Shown: in pieces, positions 8,578 through 18,482 of the stretch
Layout: each line of letters begins with the position of its first letter
Numbering within the stretch: position 1 is the stretch's first letter
Origin: Pseudomonadota bacterium
GTDB lineage: Bacteria; Pseudomonadota; Gammaproteobacteria; Burkholderiales; Burkholderiaceae_C
Assembly (NCBI GenBank): GCA_041169125.1
Contig: JBEEJP010000003.1
Coordinates: 1-30,664, forward strand
Length of the DNA stretch: 30,664 bases
Direction of reading: 5' to 3'
Notes under the pieces: generated by a model
Databases searched by the model: none
The model's input: only the letters and a program-made list of their open reading frames with translations
What the model was told of the DNA's origin: nothing
Position numbers and translations under genes: made by a program

Positions 8578-10791
8578 TTATTGAGCGGGTGTGGCGGCAG
8601 GCACGGCAGATGCAGGGGCTTCGGGGGTGTTGTCGTTCGATGCTTTGGGTTCTTCTTTGGGTTTGGGCACAGGCGCGGGCGGCAACACGGGCGAGTTGCC
8701 CGAACCCAAGATGGGGTTGAAGCCCGGCTGTGCGTTTTGTTGCAGCCCCATCATTTGCTGGTAGCGGTTGTTGCTCAGTGCATCAGACGCTGCCGCATCG
8801 CGCATGACCACGGGGCGCAAGAACACCATCAGGTTTTTCTTGGTGCGTGTGCGGCTCTCGCTCTTGAACAGCCAGCCCAACACCGGGATGTCGCCCAAGG
8901 CCGGCACTTGGCTGGCAGCGCCCGCGTATTCGTCAGACAACAAGCCACCCAAGACAATGATGGAGCCATCGTCTACCAGCACATTGGATTCAATGCTGCG
9001 TTTGTTGGTGATCAGACCTGTGCTGGACCCCACCGAGTTGGGCACCACGCTGGACACCTCTTGGAAGATGGTGAGTTTGACAGTGCCGGTCTCGCTGATT
9101 TGCGGTTTCACCTTCAGTGTCAGACCCACGTCTTTGCGCTCGACGGTTTGGAAGGGGTTGACCGAGCCGTTGGTCGTGTTGTTGTTGGTGTATTGGCCGG
9201 TGACGAAGGGCACGTTTTGGCCCACCACAATCTTCGCTTCTTCGTTGTCGAGGGTGAGCAAGGTGGGCGTTGACAACACATTGCCATCGCCGTTTTGTTG
9301 CAAGAAGGTGGCCAAGCTACCCAGCACATACGTGCCGTTGATTTGGCGCGCATTGCCAACGTTCAAGCCGCCCCCCAAGCCGCCGAGGACGGCACTGCCC
9401 CCGGATGCACCAATGATGTTGCCTTGGCCGATCGTGGTGCTGATTTGGTTATTGAAGTTGGTGCCGATGATTCCAATATTGCCGCCCGACTGACCGGTGG
9501 CGGTTTGCCACTGAATGCCCATTTGTGCGGCTTTGTCGGCGTTGACTTCGGCGATCAAGCTCTCCACCATGACTTGCGCACGGCGTTGGTCGAGCATGTC
9601 GATCACCGCACGCAGTTGGCGGTATTGCGGCTCAGGCGCCGTGATGATGAGCGAGTTGGTGGCCGGGTCGGCTTGAATTTGTCCGCCTGTGGCTGAGCCA
9701 CTGGGCGTGGTGGTGCTGCCGAGTGTGCTGCCTGCGGCAGGGGTGTTGTTTGCCAAGGGGGAGGTGCTAGGCGATGCGTTGGCATTCAACGCCGCGCCCG
9801 CCCCTGTGGCGGTTGTGGCTTGCCCGCTGATGGCGGCACGCAGGGTGGTGGCGAGCTTGGTGGCGTCGGCATTTTTCAAATACACCACATGGATGTTGCC
9901 GCTGGCGTTGCTGCCGCTGGGTTGGTCGAGTTTGGCCACGAGCGACTTGACCAATGCCACACGTGCCGGATTGGCTGCCCGCAAGATGAGGGCGTTGCTG
10001 CGTGGCTCTGCCAGTAACGTGGTTTTGTATTCAGTCCCTGGTTGGCCAGGGGTTGCCGCCGCTGCGGGGGCGGTGCTGCCCGACTCCACCAAACGCAAGA
10101 CCAAGGGTGCCAAGTCCACCGCGATGGCGTGCTTGAGTTGGATGACTTCGACATCGCTGGCGTTGGAGACATCCAACGTGGCGATGATGCGCGCCATGCG
10201 TTGCAAATTGTCGGCGTAGTCGGTGATGATGATCGAGTTGTTGCCGGGGTTGACGTTGATCGTGTTGTTGGGGCTGATGAGCGGGCGCAGCACGGGCAAC
10301 AAATTGTTGGCTTGCTCAAAATTGAGCTTGAAGATGTGCGTGACGATTTGACCGCTGCCAGAGCCTCCGTTGGCTTTTTGAATTTCTTGCACATTGCCGC
10401 CTTGCAGCTTGGCGTCGGCTTCGGGCACGATTTTGTAAAGCCCTTTGGTTTCGACCATGGCAAAGCCTTGCAAGCGCAAAGCGGCCAAGAACTGGGTCCA
10501 TGCCTCGTTGGGCGATACCGGCAATTCGGTGCTGAGGTTGATCGTGCCTTTGACGCGAGGATCGACCACCAAATTGCGGTTGGAGAGCGTGGCCAAGGTG
10601 CGTGCCACAGACTCAATTTCGGCATTCACAAAGTTGAGCGTGATGGCTTGTTGTGAGGCGGGTGGCGTGGCGGCCTTTTTGGCTGGCGGCGCTGCTTGCG
10701 TGAGTGACACGCCGAGCAACGAGGGCGCAAGGCTCAAACTCAGCGCCAGCGTCAAGACGGAGGGTTGAAAGAAATTGCGTTGCTTAACCAT
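8578..10791 (-). CDS. gspD: type II secretion system secretin GspD
   Basis: 737 aa with a signal peptide, N0-N3 domains and a C-terminal secretin domain (VPALGDIPVLGWLFKS). It also has a low-complexity Ala/Thr/Ser insert and a Pro/Lys-rich tail. Confidence 0.95.
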   Translation of the reverse strand: MVKQRNFFQPSVLTLALSLSLAPSLLGVSLTQAAPPAKKAATPPASQQAITLNFVNAEIESVARTLATLSNRNLVVDPRVKGTINLSTELPVSPNEAWTQFLAALRLQGFAMVETKGLYKIVPEADAKLQGGNVQEIQKANGGSGSGQIVTHIFKLNFEQANNLLPVLRPLISPNNTINVNPGNNSIIITDYADNLQRMARIIATLDVSNASDVEVIQLKHAIAVDLAPLVLRLVESGSTAPAAAATPGQPGTEYKTTLLAEPRSNALILRAANPARVALVKSLVAKLDQPSGSNASGNIHVVYLKNADATKLATTLRAAISGQATTATGAGAALNANASPSTSPLANNTPAAGSTLGSTTTPSGSATGGQIQADPATNSLIITAPEPQYRQLRAVIDMLDQRRAQVMVESLIAEVNADKAAQMGIQWQTATGQSGGNIGIIGTNFNNQISTTIGQGNIIGASGGSAVLGGLGGGLNVGNARQINGTYVLGSLATFLQQNGDGNVLSTPTLLTLDNEEAKIVVGQNVPFVTGQYTNNNTTNGSVNPFQTVERKDVGLTLKVKPQISETGTVKLTIFQEVSSVVPNSVGSSTGLITNKRSIESNVLVDDGSIIVLGGLLSDEYAGAASQVPALGDIPVLGWLFKSESRTRTKKNLMVFLRPVVMRDAAASDALSNNRYQQMMGLQQNAQPGFNPILGSGNSPVLPPAPVPKPKEEPKASNDNTPEAPASAVPAATPAQ

Positions 10792-10796
10792 ATGCG

Positions 10797-11639
10797 TTAA
10801 CCCATTTTCAAAATCGACTTGGCACCTTGGCGCTGACCCAAGATGTTCAATAAATTAGAGAGTGCCGCTTGTGCATCGGGCTCGGCCGTGGCCTCGCCGT
10901 TGAATTGCACATGCCCGTTGAGCAGTTGACCCGTGCCCTTTAAAAGCAAACTGCCTTCCAGTGTGTCCAGCGTCAGTGTGGTGGTGTCGCCCCCCTGTAT
11001 CTGTACACGGTAACTGCCCAATGGGCGCAACGTGGACAGACGTGTGGCGAGCTCTTGCAGTTGCAGCTCGGCTTGGCCTTGGATGCTTTCTTTGCCTGCG
11101 TGTTGCGACCATTGCAGCTGGGTAGTGTGCAGCTGCAGACGGCCTTGCGGTTGTACCGTGTTCCAAGGTGCGCCTAAGCCCACCAGCCAGTTGGCGGGCC
11201 AGTGGGAGGTGTGGTCGCTCACCTGCACCTGCACGCCGCGCCACACGGGCGAAATATCCATGCGCACGGGCTGTGGGGTGCAGCAGGCCGAGGCGACGGT
11301 GGCGCTGAGCACCAAGCGCGCGTTGGCCCAGTCGATGCGTGGTCCCAGTTGCCATGTGACACGTGTGGGCAAGGCGGTGGTGCTGGCAGACCCAGCCATC
11401 GCATGGGCCGATGTGCCCGCGTTGAGGGGGCCTTCGTTCAACACCCACTGAGCTGAGCCGTTCCACACCGTGCCTTGCGGGTCTTGCAACAACACACGCT
11501 CACCGCTGATGTGGGCGATGTGGCGAGTCAGCCAATGCGCAGGGGCTTGGGTGATGAGTGCCAAGCCCAAACCCATGACCACGCCCGTCCACGCCCAGCG
11601 GGTGCTGGGGTGTGGTGTAGCGCTTGAATGACGTTGCAT
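10797..11639 (-). CDS. gspN: type II secretion system protein GspN
   Basis: It sits between gspM and gspD. I chose the internal ATG at 11639 (MQRHSS..), which gives a single N-terminal TM helix (WAWTGVVMGLGLALI) and leaves a 26-nt gap after gspM. The longer track ORF would overlap gspM. Confidence 0.7.
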   Translation of the reverse strand: MQRHSSATPHPSTRWAWTGVVMGLGLALITQAPAHWLTRHIAHISGERVLLQDPQGTVWNGSAQWVLNEGPLNAGTSAHAMAGSASTTALPTRVTWQLGPRIDWANARLVLSATVASACCTPQPVRMDISPVWRGVQVQVSDHTSHWPANWLVGLGAPWNTVQPQGRLQLHTTQLQWSQHAGKESIQGQAELQLQELATRLSTLRPLGSYRVQIQGGDTTTLTLDTLEGSLLLKGTGQLLNGHVQFNGEATAEPDAQAALSNLLNILGQRQGAKSILKMG

Positions 11640-11665
11640 GGTGGTGGGCGTGTTGTGCAGTGGTC

Positions 11666-12190
11666 TCAGTGGGCGGTGCCGCCACGGTTGGGCAAGCTCA
11701 GCACCAAGTTGCCATCCCACGTCACGGTGGCGTTGGGGTTGGTGTCTGAGGCGTTGCTGCGCGTCAAATGCGCTTCTACAGGCAGCGCTTGTGCTTGGCG
11801 ACGCGCTTGCGACAACCACTGTGCCAAGGTGGCCGCAGGCACGGCTTTGAGTTGCACGCTCACACGCTCGCCTTGCACGGTGAGCTGAATCTGACTTTGG
11901 GGCGTGAGGCTTTGCAATTGACGCAGTGCTTCATCGCGTGACAGTGGCACACGTGTTTGCAGCGCTTGGGCCTGTGTTTGCAAGGCCAGCATGTGGGCCT
12001 GTTGTTGGCCGATTTGGGTGCGGCGGTTGTCGCTGTCGCGCAGGGTGTTGAGTGCCGGCGCGATGGCAATGACCCAAAACAGCAGCACGGCCAACAACGC
12101 GCCCAGCACAGCGATGCTGCGTTGTTCACGCAGGCTCAACGCTTGCCAACGGCGGATGACTTGCGCGCGCATGTGAGGCCCTGTGCTCAT
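11666..12190 (-). CDS. gspM: type II secretion system protein GspM
   Basis: 174 aa with one N-terminal TM helix (IAVLGALLAVLLFWVIAI). Its ATG overlaps the gspL stop (ATGA at 12190-12187). Confidence 0.75.
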   Translation of the reverse strand: MSTGPHMRAQVIRRWQALSLREQRSIAVLGALLAVLLFWVIAIAPALNTLRDSDNRRTQIGQQQAHMLALQTQAQALQTRVPLSRDEALRQLQSLTPQSQIQLTVQGERVSVQLKAVPAATLAQWLSQARRQAQALPVEAHLTRSNASDTNPNATVTWDGNLVLSLPNRGGTAH

Positions 12191-13392
12191 TTCACGCCCT
12201 CCGCTTGCAACACCCATGTGTCATGGCCGTCTTGGCGCAGGCTCAAGCCGCGTTCTTTCAAAACGTTGATGCCGTTCGAGTTGCTGTCCAACGTGACACC
12301 TTGCACACGCAAGGCATGGTTGGCAAAGTGAATTTGTTGAGGTGTTTGCCCTGCGGGCAGCACGTGGGCCAAGGCCGCGAGCAAAGGCTCGAAATCGGTG
12401 CTGGAGGCCATGCCTGATTTTTGTTGCAACGCATCGACCTCGCGCTGCATTTGCAGCGGTGCGTCAATGACCAAGGTGACGGCAGGAAAGGTGGTTTTCA
12501 AAATGCTTTGCAGCGACGCTTGCTGGGCATTCAAAGCGCTGCGTTCGCGCCACGCCAATGCGTTGAGGCCCAGCACTTGGAGCGCAATGAGCACCGCCAT
12601 GCCCCAGCGTACAGGCTTCCAAGCCGGTGCATGTGACACGGTTTGCCATGCCGCGAGGGCTTGGCGTTGCACGCGTTGGAGGGGGCCTTGGGCCCACTCG
12701 CCTTGCGCCAAATCCCAATCGGATTGGCTGGATTGGACCCAGCGCTGTGCCGCGCTTTGCAGCATGGGTTGGCGTTGCAAGGTGCTTTGCACACGCGACA
12801 CCATGGCGGGCTCGGCTTGAATTTGCAAATGGTCTTGGCTCAGTTGGGCAAAGGCGTGCCATTGCCCGGTGTTGGGGGGCATCAGCGTCACGCCGTGTGC
12901 GTGGCACAACACGCTGTGTGCATGGTCGGGTTCGCCCATGACGTGCAGCGTGGGAGCGTCGCTGGGTGACAGCTCAGGCACGATGCGTTGCACGTTCAAG
13001 CCCGCGGCTTGCAAGGGGGCGAGCGCTTCGCGTAGCCAAGTTTTGTGGCACACCGCCACCACAGTGGCGCCGCCTGTGCGGGCGATGTGTTCGGCATCTG
13101 GGGCTAAGACGAGGTGCAACTGTTGTGGCTCATCGAGTAACCGGTCTTCCAGCAAGCCTTGCAACACGCTTTGCAAACGGGGCCCGTGACTGGCCGGTGG
13201 GAGCTGCACACGCAGCCAAGACAAACGGCTGTGCGGCACCACGGCCACCACCACGCCGGCGTGCGCCGACAACGTGGCGGCCATGCCAGACGCGCTGCGC
13301 ACCACGCTGTGCCCGTCTGAATGGACGTGGGCATAGCTGGTAGATGGATGGGCAGTGTGGGGCAGCGCGATGATCAGCATGGGAACAGTCAT
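12187..13392 (-). CDS. gspL: type II secretion system protein GspL
   Basis: About 400 aa with a central TM helix (WGMAVLIALQVLGLNALAW). Position and size fit GspL. Its start overlaps the gspK stop (ATGA at 13392-13389). Confidence 0.75.
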   Translation of the reverse strand: MTVPMLIIALPHTAHPSTSYAHVHSDGHSVVRSASGMAATLSAHAGVVVAVVPHSRLSWLRVQLPPASHGPRLQSVLQGLLEDRLLDEPQQLHLVLAPDAEHIARTGGATVVAVCHKTWLREALAPLQAAGLNVQRIVPELSPSDAPTLHVMGEPDHAHSVLCHAHGVTLMPPNTGQWHAFAQLSQDHLQIQAEPAMVSRVQSTLQRQPMLQSAAQRWVQSSQSDWDLAQGEWAQGPLQRVQRQALAAWQTVSHAPAWKPVRWGMAVLIALQVLGLNALAWRERSALNAQQASLQSILKTTFPAVTLVIDAPLQMQREVDALQQKSGMASSTDFEPLLAALAHVLPAGQTPQQIHFANHALRVQGVTLDSNSNGINVLKERGLSLRQDGHDTWVLQAEGVK

Positions 13393-14351
13393 TGTAGAGA
13401 GCCGCTGTCGCGCCAAAGCACCTTCAAATCTTGGCCTTCGCGCTTGACCACCGAGCGTTCTTGCAGAGTGGTTTGGGGCATGCGCAAGCGGCCCAGCACT
13501 TCAAAGTACTGGGTGCTCACTTGGTGGGTGTCGCTCAAGTTCAGGTTGCGGCCCAAGGCTTTTTGAAACGCTTCCACACTGGCCCAATGCTGGCGCTCGC
13601 GTTGCTGCACCAAGCGTTGTGCATCCGACAGGCTCAGGCCCGGCACGCTGGCGTACAAAACGGGGACGCTGGCGGTGTTGACGTTGACCGGGGTGCGCGT
13701 GGGCAACACGGTGATGTGTGGGTCGAGGGTGCGCAGCACTTGGGGGGAGAGCCCCAACGCACTGAGCTGGCTCACGCGTTGAGGCATCAAGGGGGAGGAT
13801 GCGCTTTGTTTTTGGGCGGCCAAGAGGCCTTGTGTCAGCAGGCTCAGCTGGGCAGGGGGCACGCCAAGTGCGTCAAAGAGGCGTTCAAAGGCGAGCACGG
13901 CTTTGCCGTCCAGTTGGTCGCCTTGGAGCAAGTTGGTGACATTGAGGCGCCCTTGCAAATCGTTCACTTGGCCCGATAGCAACACCTGTTGTGCAAACTT
14001 TTCATCCTCGAGGGTGTTGCCCGTTCCATCGGGCAGGGCCGCCAAGAACGCGGACAAGCGGGCCTCTTGCAGGGGCACGGCCCAAGGTTCGGCCAAGTGG
14101 TCGGTGGGGGCGTTGGCGTCGCCTGCGCGGGCGTCTTCGCGCAAGATGACGCGGGCCCAATCCAGCGCGCCTGTGAGCAACCAGCGCGCTTGGGTGCGTT
14201 GGCGCTCCGCGCCTTCCACCTCGACCGATTTCCACTGCTGCCACAGCGCACCTGCGGCAAACGTGGCTACCAAGGCGACGGTGAGCATGGCGGCCAACAA
14301 GGCTGCGCCGCGTTGGGGGCTGTGGTGTGGGCGTGGTGCGAGGAACTTCAT
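13389..14351 (-). CDS. gspK: type II secretion minor pseudopilin GspK
   Basis: The N-terminus is QRGAALLAAMLTVALVATFA, a pseudopilin-like hydrophobic segment. Size is about 320 aa. Its start overlaps the gspJ stop (ATGA at 14351-14348). Confidence 0.85.
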   Translation of the reverse strand: MKFLAPRPHHSPQRGAALLAAMLTVALVATFAAGALWQQWKSVEVEGAERQRTQARWLLTGALDWARVILREDARAGDANAPTDHLAEPWAVPLQEARLSAFLAALPDGTGNTLEDEKFAQQVLLSGQVNDLQGRLNVTNLLQGDQLDGKAVLAFERLFDALGVPPAQLSLLTQGLLAAQKQSASSPLMPQRVSQLSALGLSPQVLRTLDPHITVLPTRTPVNVNTASVPVLYASVPGLSLSDAQRLVQQRERQHWASVEAFQKALGRNLNLSDTHQVSTQYFEVLGRLRMPQTTLQERSVVKREGQDLKVLWRDSGSLQ

Positions 14352-15025
14352 GTTTTGGTGTTGCTGAAGTTGGGTCGCACCCAATCAAGGGTGATGCGGC
14401 CACGCACGCCGGTGCTGGCGGGTAGGTCAATTTGCAGGCGAATGGCGTCGGGCAATGTGGGGGTGTTGGGCTGTGGTGTGCCCGAGGTGTCTGCACTGGA
14501 GAGGGGGTTGGTCCATGCGTTGCCACGGAAGTAGGTGAGTTGCCATGCGTCGAGGGGCATCAAGCGGGTTTCAAATGCCGCGTCATCGCTGCTGGGGTTT
14601 TGGCCCCAGCGCTCGGCATGGGTCCACGCTTGTTGCAGTGCGCCACGGGTTTGCACAGGGGGCGATTGCCAGCGCAGCCACTGGTTGTCGCGCAGCGTCC
14701 AGGCCACCACCCACACACCGGTGTCTGCCCCATCGGCACGCCATGCGGTGGCGCGGCGGGTGAGGCGCAGGGTGCGGCCATCCCACTGCACGCCTGCGTC
14801 AGCGATGTTGGGCACGGGCTGCACCGCGTTGAGGTCGGCCTGCCATTGCGCAAGCACGGTTTGCAGCACGGCGGTTTTGTCCACCTGCGCTTGGGTGATG
14901 TCGCGGCTGCGCATGAGGCTGTCAAGCCCGCGCCAGCTCAAGCCCGCCAACACCGCCATGAGGGTGATGGCAATGAGTAGCTCGATGAGTGTGAAGCCGC
15001 GTTGTGCGTGACGGATGTGGGTCAT
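14348..15025 (-). CDS. gspJ: type II secretion minor pseudopilin GspJ
   Basis: It has the prepilin-type N-terminus QRGFTLIELLIAITLMAVL. Confidence 0.85.
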   Translation of the reverse strand: MTHIRHAQRGFTLIELLIAITLMAVLAGLSWRGLDSLMRSRDITQAQVDKTAVLQTVLAQWQADLNAVQPVPNIADAGVQWDGRTLRLTRRATAWRADGADTGVWVVAWTLRDNQWLRWQSPPVQTRGALQQAWTHAERWGQNPSSDDAAFETRLMPLDAWQLTYFRGNAWTNPLSSADTSGTPQPNTPTLPDAIRLQIDLPASTGVRGRITLDWVRPNFSNTKT

Positions 15026-15378
15026 CAGTAGCGCCCCAGCACGGTAGTGATGTTGAGCACGGGTGTGGCCGCATCAAACACTTGCGCATCGACACGGCGA
15101 AACGCGGGGTTGGGCGTGGTGCGCACGGTGAGCGCGACCTCGAAATGACGTTCGGCTTGCGGGCATGGCACGCGCGAGTCACCCACGCTGGGCAGCTGTT
15201 GCGAGAGACGCAGTTGATTCAGCGCGTTGTCGGCGCAGATTTGTGCAAGCAGCACATCGGCTTGGCGCTGCGCGTTGCGCGTGAGTGCGCCACTGACCTT
15301 GAGGCCGCTCATCAAAGCCACAGACACGATGGCCAACGCCACCAACACCTCAATCAGTGTGAAGCCGCGTTGCGTCAT
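15025..15378 (-). CDS. gspI: type II secretion minor pseudopilin GspI
   Basis: It has the prepilin-type N-terminus MTQRGFTLIEVLVALAIVSVAL. 117 aa. Confidence 0.85.
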   Translation of the reverse strand: MTQRGFTLIEVLVALAIVSVALMSGLKVSGALTRNAQRQADVLLAQICADNALNQLRLSQQLPSVGDSRVPCPQAERHFEVALTVRTTPNPAFRRVDAQVFDAATPVLNITTVLGRY

Positions 15379-15851
15379 GGCACCACCTGAAACGGCTGCA
15401 ACCCATCCGTGCCAATGCTCAGTGTTGTTTCTGGCCGCTGGGCTGCAGCGACGCTGAGCGTGATGCGTGTGGGGGCCAAGATGGGTTCAGGCCCCAGCAC
15501 CACCGCGTTGTCGGGGGCTGTGGGGTTGGCAGCCGTCGTGGATGTGCTGACCCGCGCTTGCGTGCCAGTGCTGAGCCAAGTTTCGGTGCGAGGTGCAATG
15601 GGGGTGGGAGGCAGTTCAAGCCCTGTACGAATGACAAAGCCTTGCGGTGTGGCTTGCCAAATCAAGGCGATGCCGCTGGTGCGGGATTGGGCGCGGGCTG
15701 CTTCAAGCACCGCCACGAGGCGTTGCGCTTCTCGCTCCAGTTGGGTTTGGCTGCTGTCGCGCAGCGACAAACCCACGCCGGTCATGGCCAAACCGATGAT
15801 GGCCAGCACCACCAACAGCTCCAACAAGGTGAGGCCGCGCTGGCGCTGCAT
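15375..15851 (-). CDS. gspH: type II secretion minor pseudopilin GspH
   Basis: It has the prepilin-type N-terminus QRGLTLLELLVVLAIIGLAM. 158 aa. Confidence 0.8.
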   Translation of the reverse strand: MQRQRGLTLLELLVVLAIIGLAMTGVGLSLRDSSQTQLEREAQRLVAVLEAARAQSRTSGIALIWQATPQGFVIRTGLELPPTPIAPRTETWLSTGTQARVSTSTTAANPTAPDNAVVLGPEPILAPTRITLSVAAAQRPETTLSIGTDGLQPFQVVP

Positions 15852-15871
15852 GTGGGCTGAAGCTGGGGGTC

Positions 15872-16318
15872 TTATTGCCAGCTGCCGATGTCGGCGTTTT
15901 TGCCTTCGCCACCGGGTTGGCCGTCAGCGCCGAGCGAGAGCACATCCACTTCACCCTTCACGCCGGGGTTCATGTATTGGTAGGGGCGGCCCCAAGGGTC
16001 GTTGGGCAATTTGTCGATGTAGGGCTTCCAGTTCAGAGGCGAGGGGCCTGTGGTGGGCTTGGCGACCAAAGCGTTCAGGCCTTGCTCGGCGCTGGGGTAG
16101 GTTTGGTTGTCCAAGCGGTAGAGCTTGAGCGCATTCATGAGGTTGCCCACATCGGTTTTGGCGGCGGTCACGCGCGCGTCGTCGGCGCGGTTGAGCACAT
16201 TGGGCACCACGAGGGCGGCCAGCACGCCAATGATGGCAAGTACCACCATCAACTCAATCAAGGTGAAGCCACGTTGGCGTTTGGGTGTGGCGTTGGTGTT
16301 CGTTTCTGGCGTGTGCAT
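15872..16318 (-). CDS. gspG: type II secretion major pseudopilin GspG
   Basis: It carries QRGFTLIELMVVLAIIGVLAALVVPN plus the conserved GspG core (LKLYRLDN..YPS..QGL.AL, DPWG.PY.Y, GADGQPGGEG). Confidence 0.95.
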   Translation of the reverse strand: MHTPETNTNATPKRQRGFTLIELMVVLAIIGVLAALVVPNVLNRADDARVTAAKTDVGNLMNALKLYRLDNQTYPSAEQGLNALVAKPTTGPSPLNWKPYIDKLPNDPWGRPYQYMNPGVKGEVDVLSLGADGQPGGEGKNADIGSWQ

Positions 16319-16349
16319 GGCGGATATTTCAAAGGTTCTCAGATCAAGG

Positions 16350-16835
16350 ATGAATCATAATCCGCAGATGCTTCGCTACCGCCCGTCATTCGCCAGTGCT
16401 TGGAACACGTCTTCACGCGTGGTGTTGCCTGTGACCACATGCCTTGTGTGGGGTGTGGTGGCTTTCAGTGCGGTGACATGGGGTTTGCGTTGGTCTGCTG
16501 CCAGCGAGGGCCAGGGCTTGGCTGCTGTGGCAACGCAAGCCGCGCTCGAGGTGGATGTGTCAGCCGCCGCGCGCAGCTTAGGCGCTGCGCCTGTGCAGGC
16601 CACAGCCGCACCGACGTTGGCCAGTCGCTTTCAGCTGCAAGGCGTGATGGACGCAGGCCAAGAGTCAGGTGCCGCCCTCATCGCGGTGGACGGCAAACCT
16701 GCCAAGCCTTTCCGTGTGGGTGCGGTGGTGGCGGACGGCTTCGTGCTTCAGTCGGCGCAAGGTCGGCGTGTGAGCTTGGGGGTGTCGATCGACGCACCGC
16801 AAACCTTGGTGCTGGAGTTGCCCGCCAAGCGTTAA
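16350..16835 (+). CDS. gspC: short GspC-like protein (TM helix plus HR-type domain, no PDZ)
   Basis: It is divergent from gspG. It has one TM helix (VVLPVTTCLVWGVVAFSAV) and a C-terminal block, FQLQGVMDAGQESGAALIAVDGKPAKPFRVGAVVADGFVLQSAQGRRVSLG, resembling the GspC HR domain. The start is ambiguous between ATG 16350 and ATG 16368, and neither has a well-spaced SD. Confidence 0.6.
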   Translation: MNHNPQMLRYRPSFASAWNTSSRVVLPVTTCLVWGVVAFSAVTWGLRWSAASEGQGLAAVATQAALEVDVSAAARSLGAAPVQATAAPTLASRFQLQGVMDAGQESGAALIAVDGKPAKPFRVGAVVADGFVLQSAQGRRVSLGVSIDAPQTLVLELPAKR

Positions 16836-18421
16836 CGCTGCAAAAACAAGCGGTACGCAGGGTTGTGCGTTTCTTCCACATACGGATAGCCCAAACCATC
16901 CAAGAACGCGGTAAACGCTTTGTTGTCGACTTTGGGCACTTGCAAGCCCATCAAGATGCGGCCATAGTCTGCGCCTTGGTTGCGGTAGTGGAACAGGCTG
17001 ATGTTCCAGCCGGGGCGCATGGCCAGCAAAAACTTCATCAACGCGCCTGGGCGCTCGGGGAACTCAAAACGCAAGATGCGTTCTTCGTGCGCGAGTGACG
17101 AGTGCCCACCCACCATGTGGCGGATGTGTTCTTTGGCCAACTCGTCGTGGGTGAGGTCAATCGCTTCAAAGCCACTCTTGGTGAAATGGCCCGCAATCTT
17201 GCTGCTTTCGCCTTTGACGCCTGTGGTCAAGCCTACAAACACATGTGCCTTGGCTTGGTCGCTCATGCGGTAGTTGAACTCGGTCACGTTGCGGGGCGAT
17301 TTGCTGCCGCCAAAACTGGGCAGCTTGCCAATCAGCTCGCAAAAACGGCGCAGGCTACCGGGTTGCTCGGGGATGGTCACGGCAAACAAGGCTTCACGCT
17401 CTTCGCCCACTTCGGCGCGCTCGGCCACAAAGCGCAAGCGGTCGAAGTTCATGTTGGCGCCACACAAAATGGCGGCGTAGGTTTCGCCTTTGGTTTTGTG
17501 CTCGGCCACGTATTGCTTGATCGCGGCCACGGCCAATGCACCTGCGGGCTCGACGATGCTGCGGGTGTCTACAAACACGTCTTTGATGGCGGCGCACACG
17601 GCATCGGTGTCCACCGTGATGTAGCTGTCGACCAAGTTCTTTGACACGCGGAAGGTTTCTTCGCCCACCAGCTTCACGGCCGTGCCGTCAGAGAACAAAC
17701 CCACGTCGTTGAGCGTGACGCGCTTGCCTTTTTGCACCGACTGCATCATGGCCGAGGAGTCGTCCATCTGCACGCCAATCACTTTGATTTCGGGTCGCAC
17801 CGCCTTGATGTAGTTGGCCACGCCGCTGATGAGACCACCACCGCCAATGGCCACAAACACGGCATCGAGCTGGTGCAAGTTGAGACCCTGCAGTTGACGC
17901 AACATCTCCATCGCGATGGTGCCTTGGCCCGCAATCACATCGGGGTCGTCAAACGGATGCACAAAGGTCATGCCGTTTTTCTTTTCCAGCGTGAGTGCGT
18001 GGGTATAGGCGTCAGAGTAGCTGTCGCCCGCCAACACCACGTCGCCACCTAATGCCTTGACCGCTTCAATCTTCACGCTGGGCGTGGTGGTGGGCATGAC
18101 GATGATGGCTTTGGTGCCCAAACGTTTGGCACCGAGGGCCACGCCTTGCGCATGGTTGCCCGCCGAGGCGCAAATCACGCCCTTCTTGAGCTGTGCAGGC
18201 GTGAGGTGCGCCATTTTGTTGTAAGCGCCGCGCAGCTTGAAGCTGAAGACAGGCTGCTGGTCTTCGCGTTTCAAAAGCACAGTGTTGTGAATGCGACGGC
18301 TGAGGCTTTTCGCGACCTCCAACGCAGATTCGGTGGCCACGTCGTAGACGCGAGCCGTCAAGATTTTTTTCAGGTAATCGGCGGGCTGCAGGGCGCGCGC
18401 TTTTTGGGGGCGGGTAGACAT
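16832..18421 (-). CDS. ilvA: biosynthetic threonine ammonia-lyase (threonine dehydratase)
   Basis: It has the PLP lysine context FSFKLRGAYN, the glycine loop GGGGL, and two C-terminal ACT-like regulatory repeats. I chose the ATG at 18421 (MSTRPQKARALQPADYLKKIL..) rather than the 43-codon upstream extension in the track. Confidence 0.9.
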   Translation of the reverse strand: MSTRPQKARALQPADYLKKILTARVYDVATESALEVAKSLSRRIHNTVLLKREDQQPVFSFKLRGAYNKMAHLTPAQLKKGVICASAGNHAQGVALGAKRLGTKAIIVMPTTTPSVKIEAVKALGGDVVLAGDSYSDAYTHALTLEKKNGMTFVHPFDDPDVIAGQGTIAMEMLRQLQGLNLHQLDAVFVAIGGGGLISGVANYIKAVRPEIKVIGVQMDDSSAMMQSVQKGKRVTLNDVGLFSDGTAVKLVGEETFRVSKNLVDSYITVDTDAVCAAIKDVFVDTRSIVEPAGALAVAAIKQYVAEHKTKGETYAAILCGANMNFDRLRFVAERAEVGEEREALFAVTIPEQPGSLRRFCELIGKLPSFGGSKSPRNVTEFNYRMSDQAKAHVFVGLTTGVKGESSKIAGHFTKSGFEAIDLTHDELAKEHIRHMVGGHSSLAHEERILRFEFPERPGALMKFLLAMRPGWNISLFHYRNQGADYGRILMGLQVPKVDNKAFTAFLDGLGYPYVEETHNPAYRLFLQR

Positions 18422-18450
18422 GGGGTGATTGTCTCTTAAGACAAAAGGGC

Positions 18451-18482
18451 AAAAAAAAGCCCCGAGTTTTGCAACTCGGGGC
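18451..18482 (-). promoter_or_regulatory. terminator-like hairpin in the ilvA 5' leader (possible attenuator)
   Basis: On the minus strand the sequence reads GCCCCGAGTT-gcaa-AACTCGGGGC followed by TTTTTTTT. That is a 10-bp stem plus a U-run, ending about 30 nt upstream of the ilvA ATG. No minus-strand gene lies upstream for it to terminate. Confidence 0.4.
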
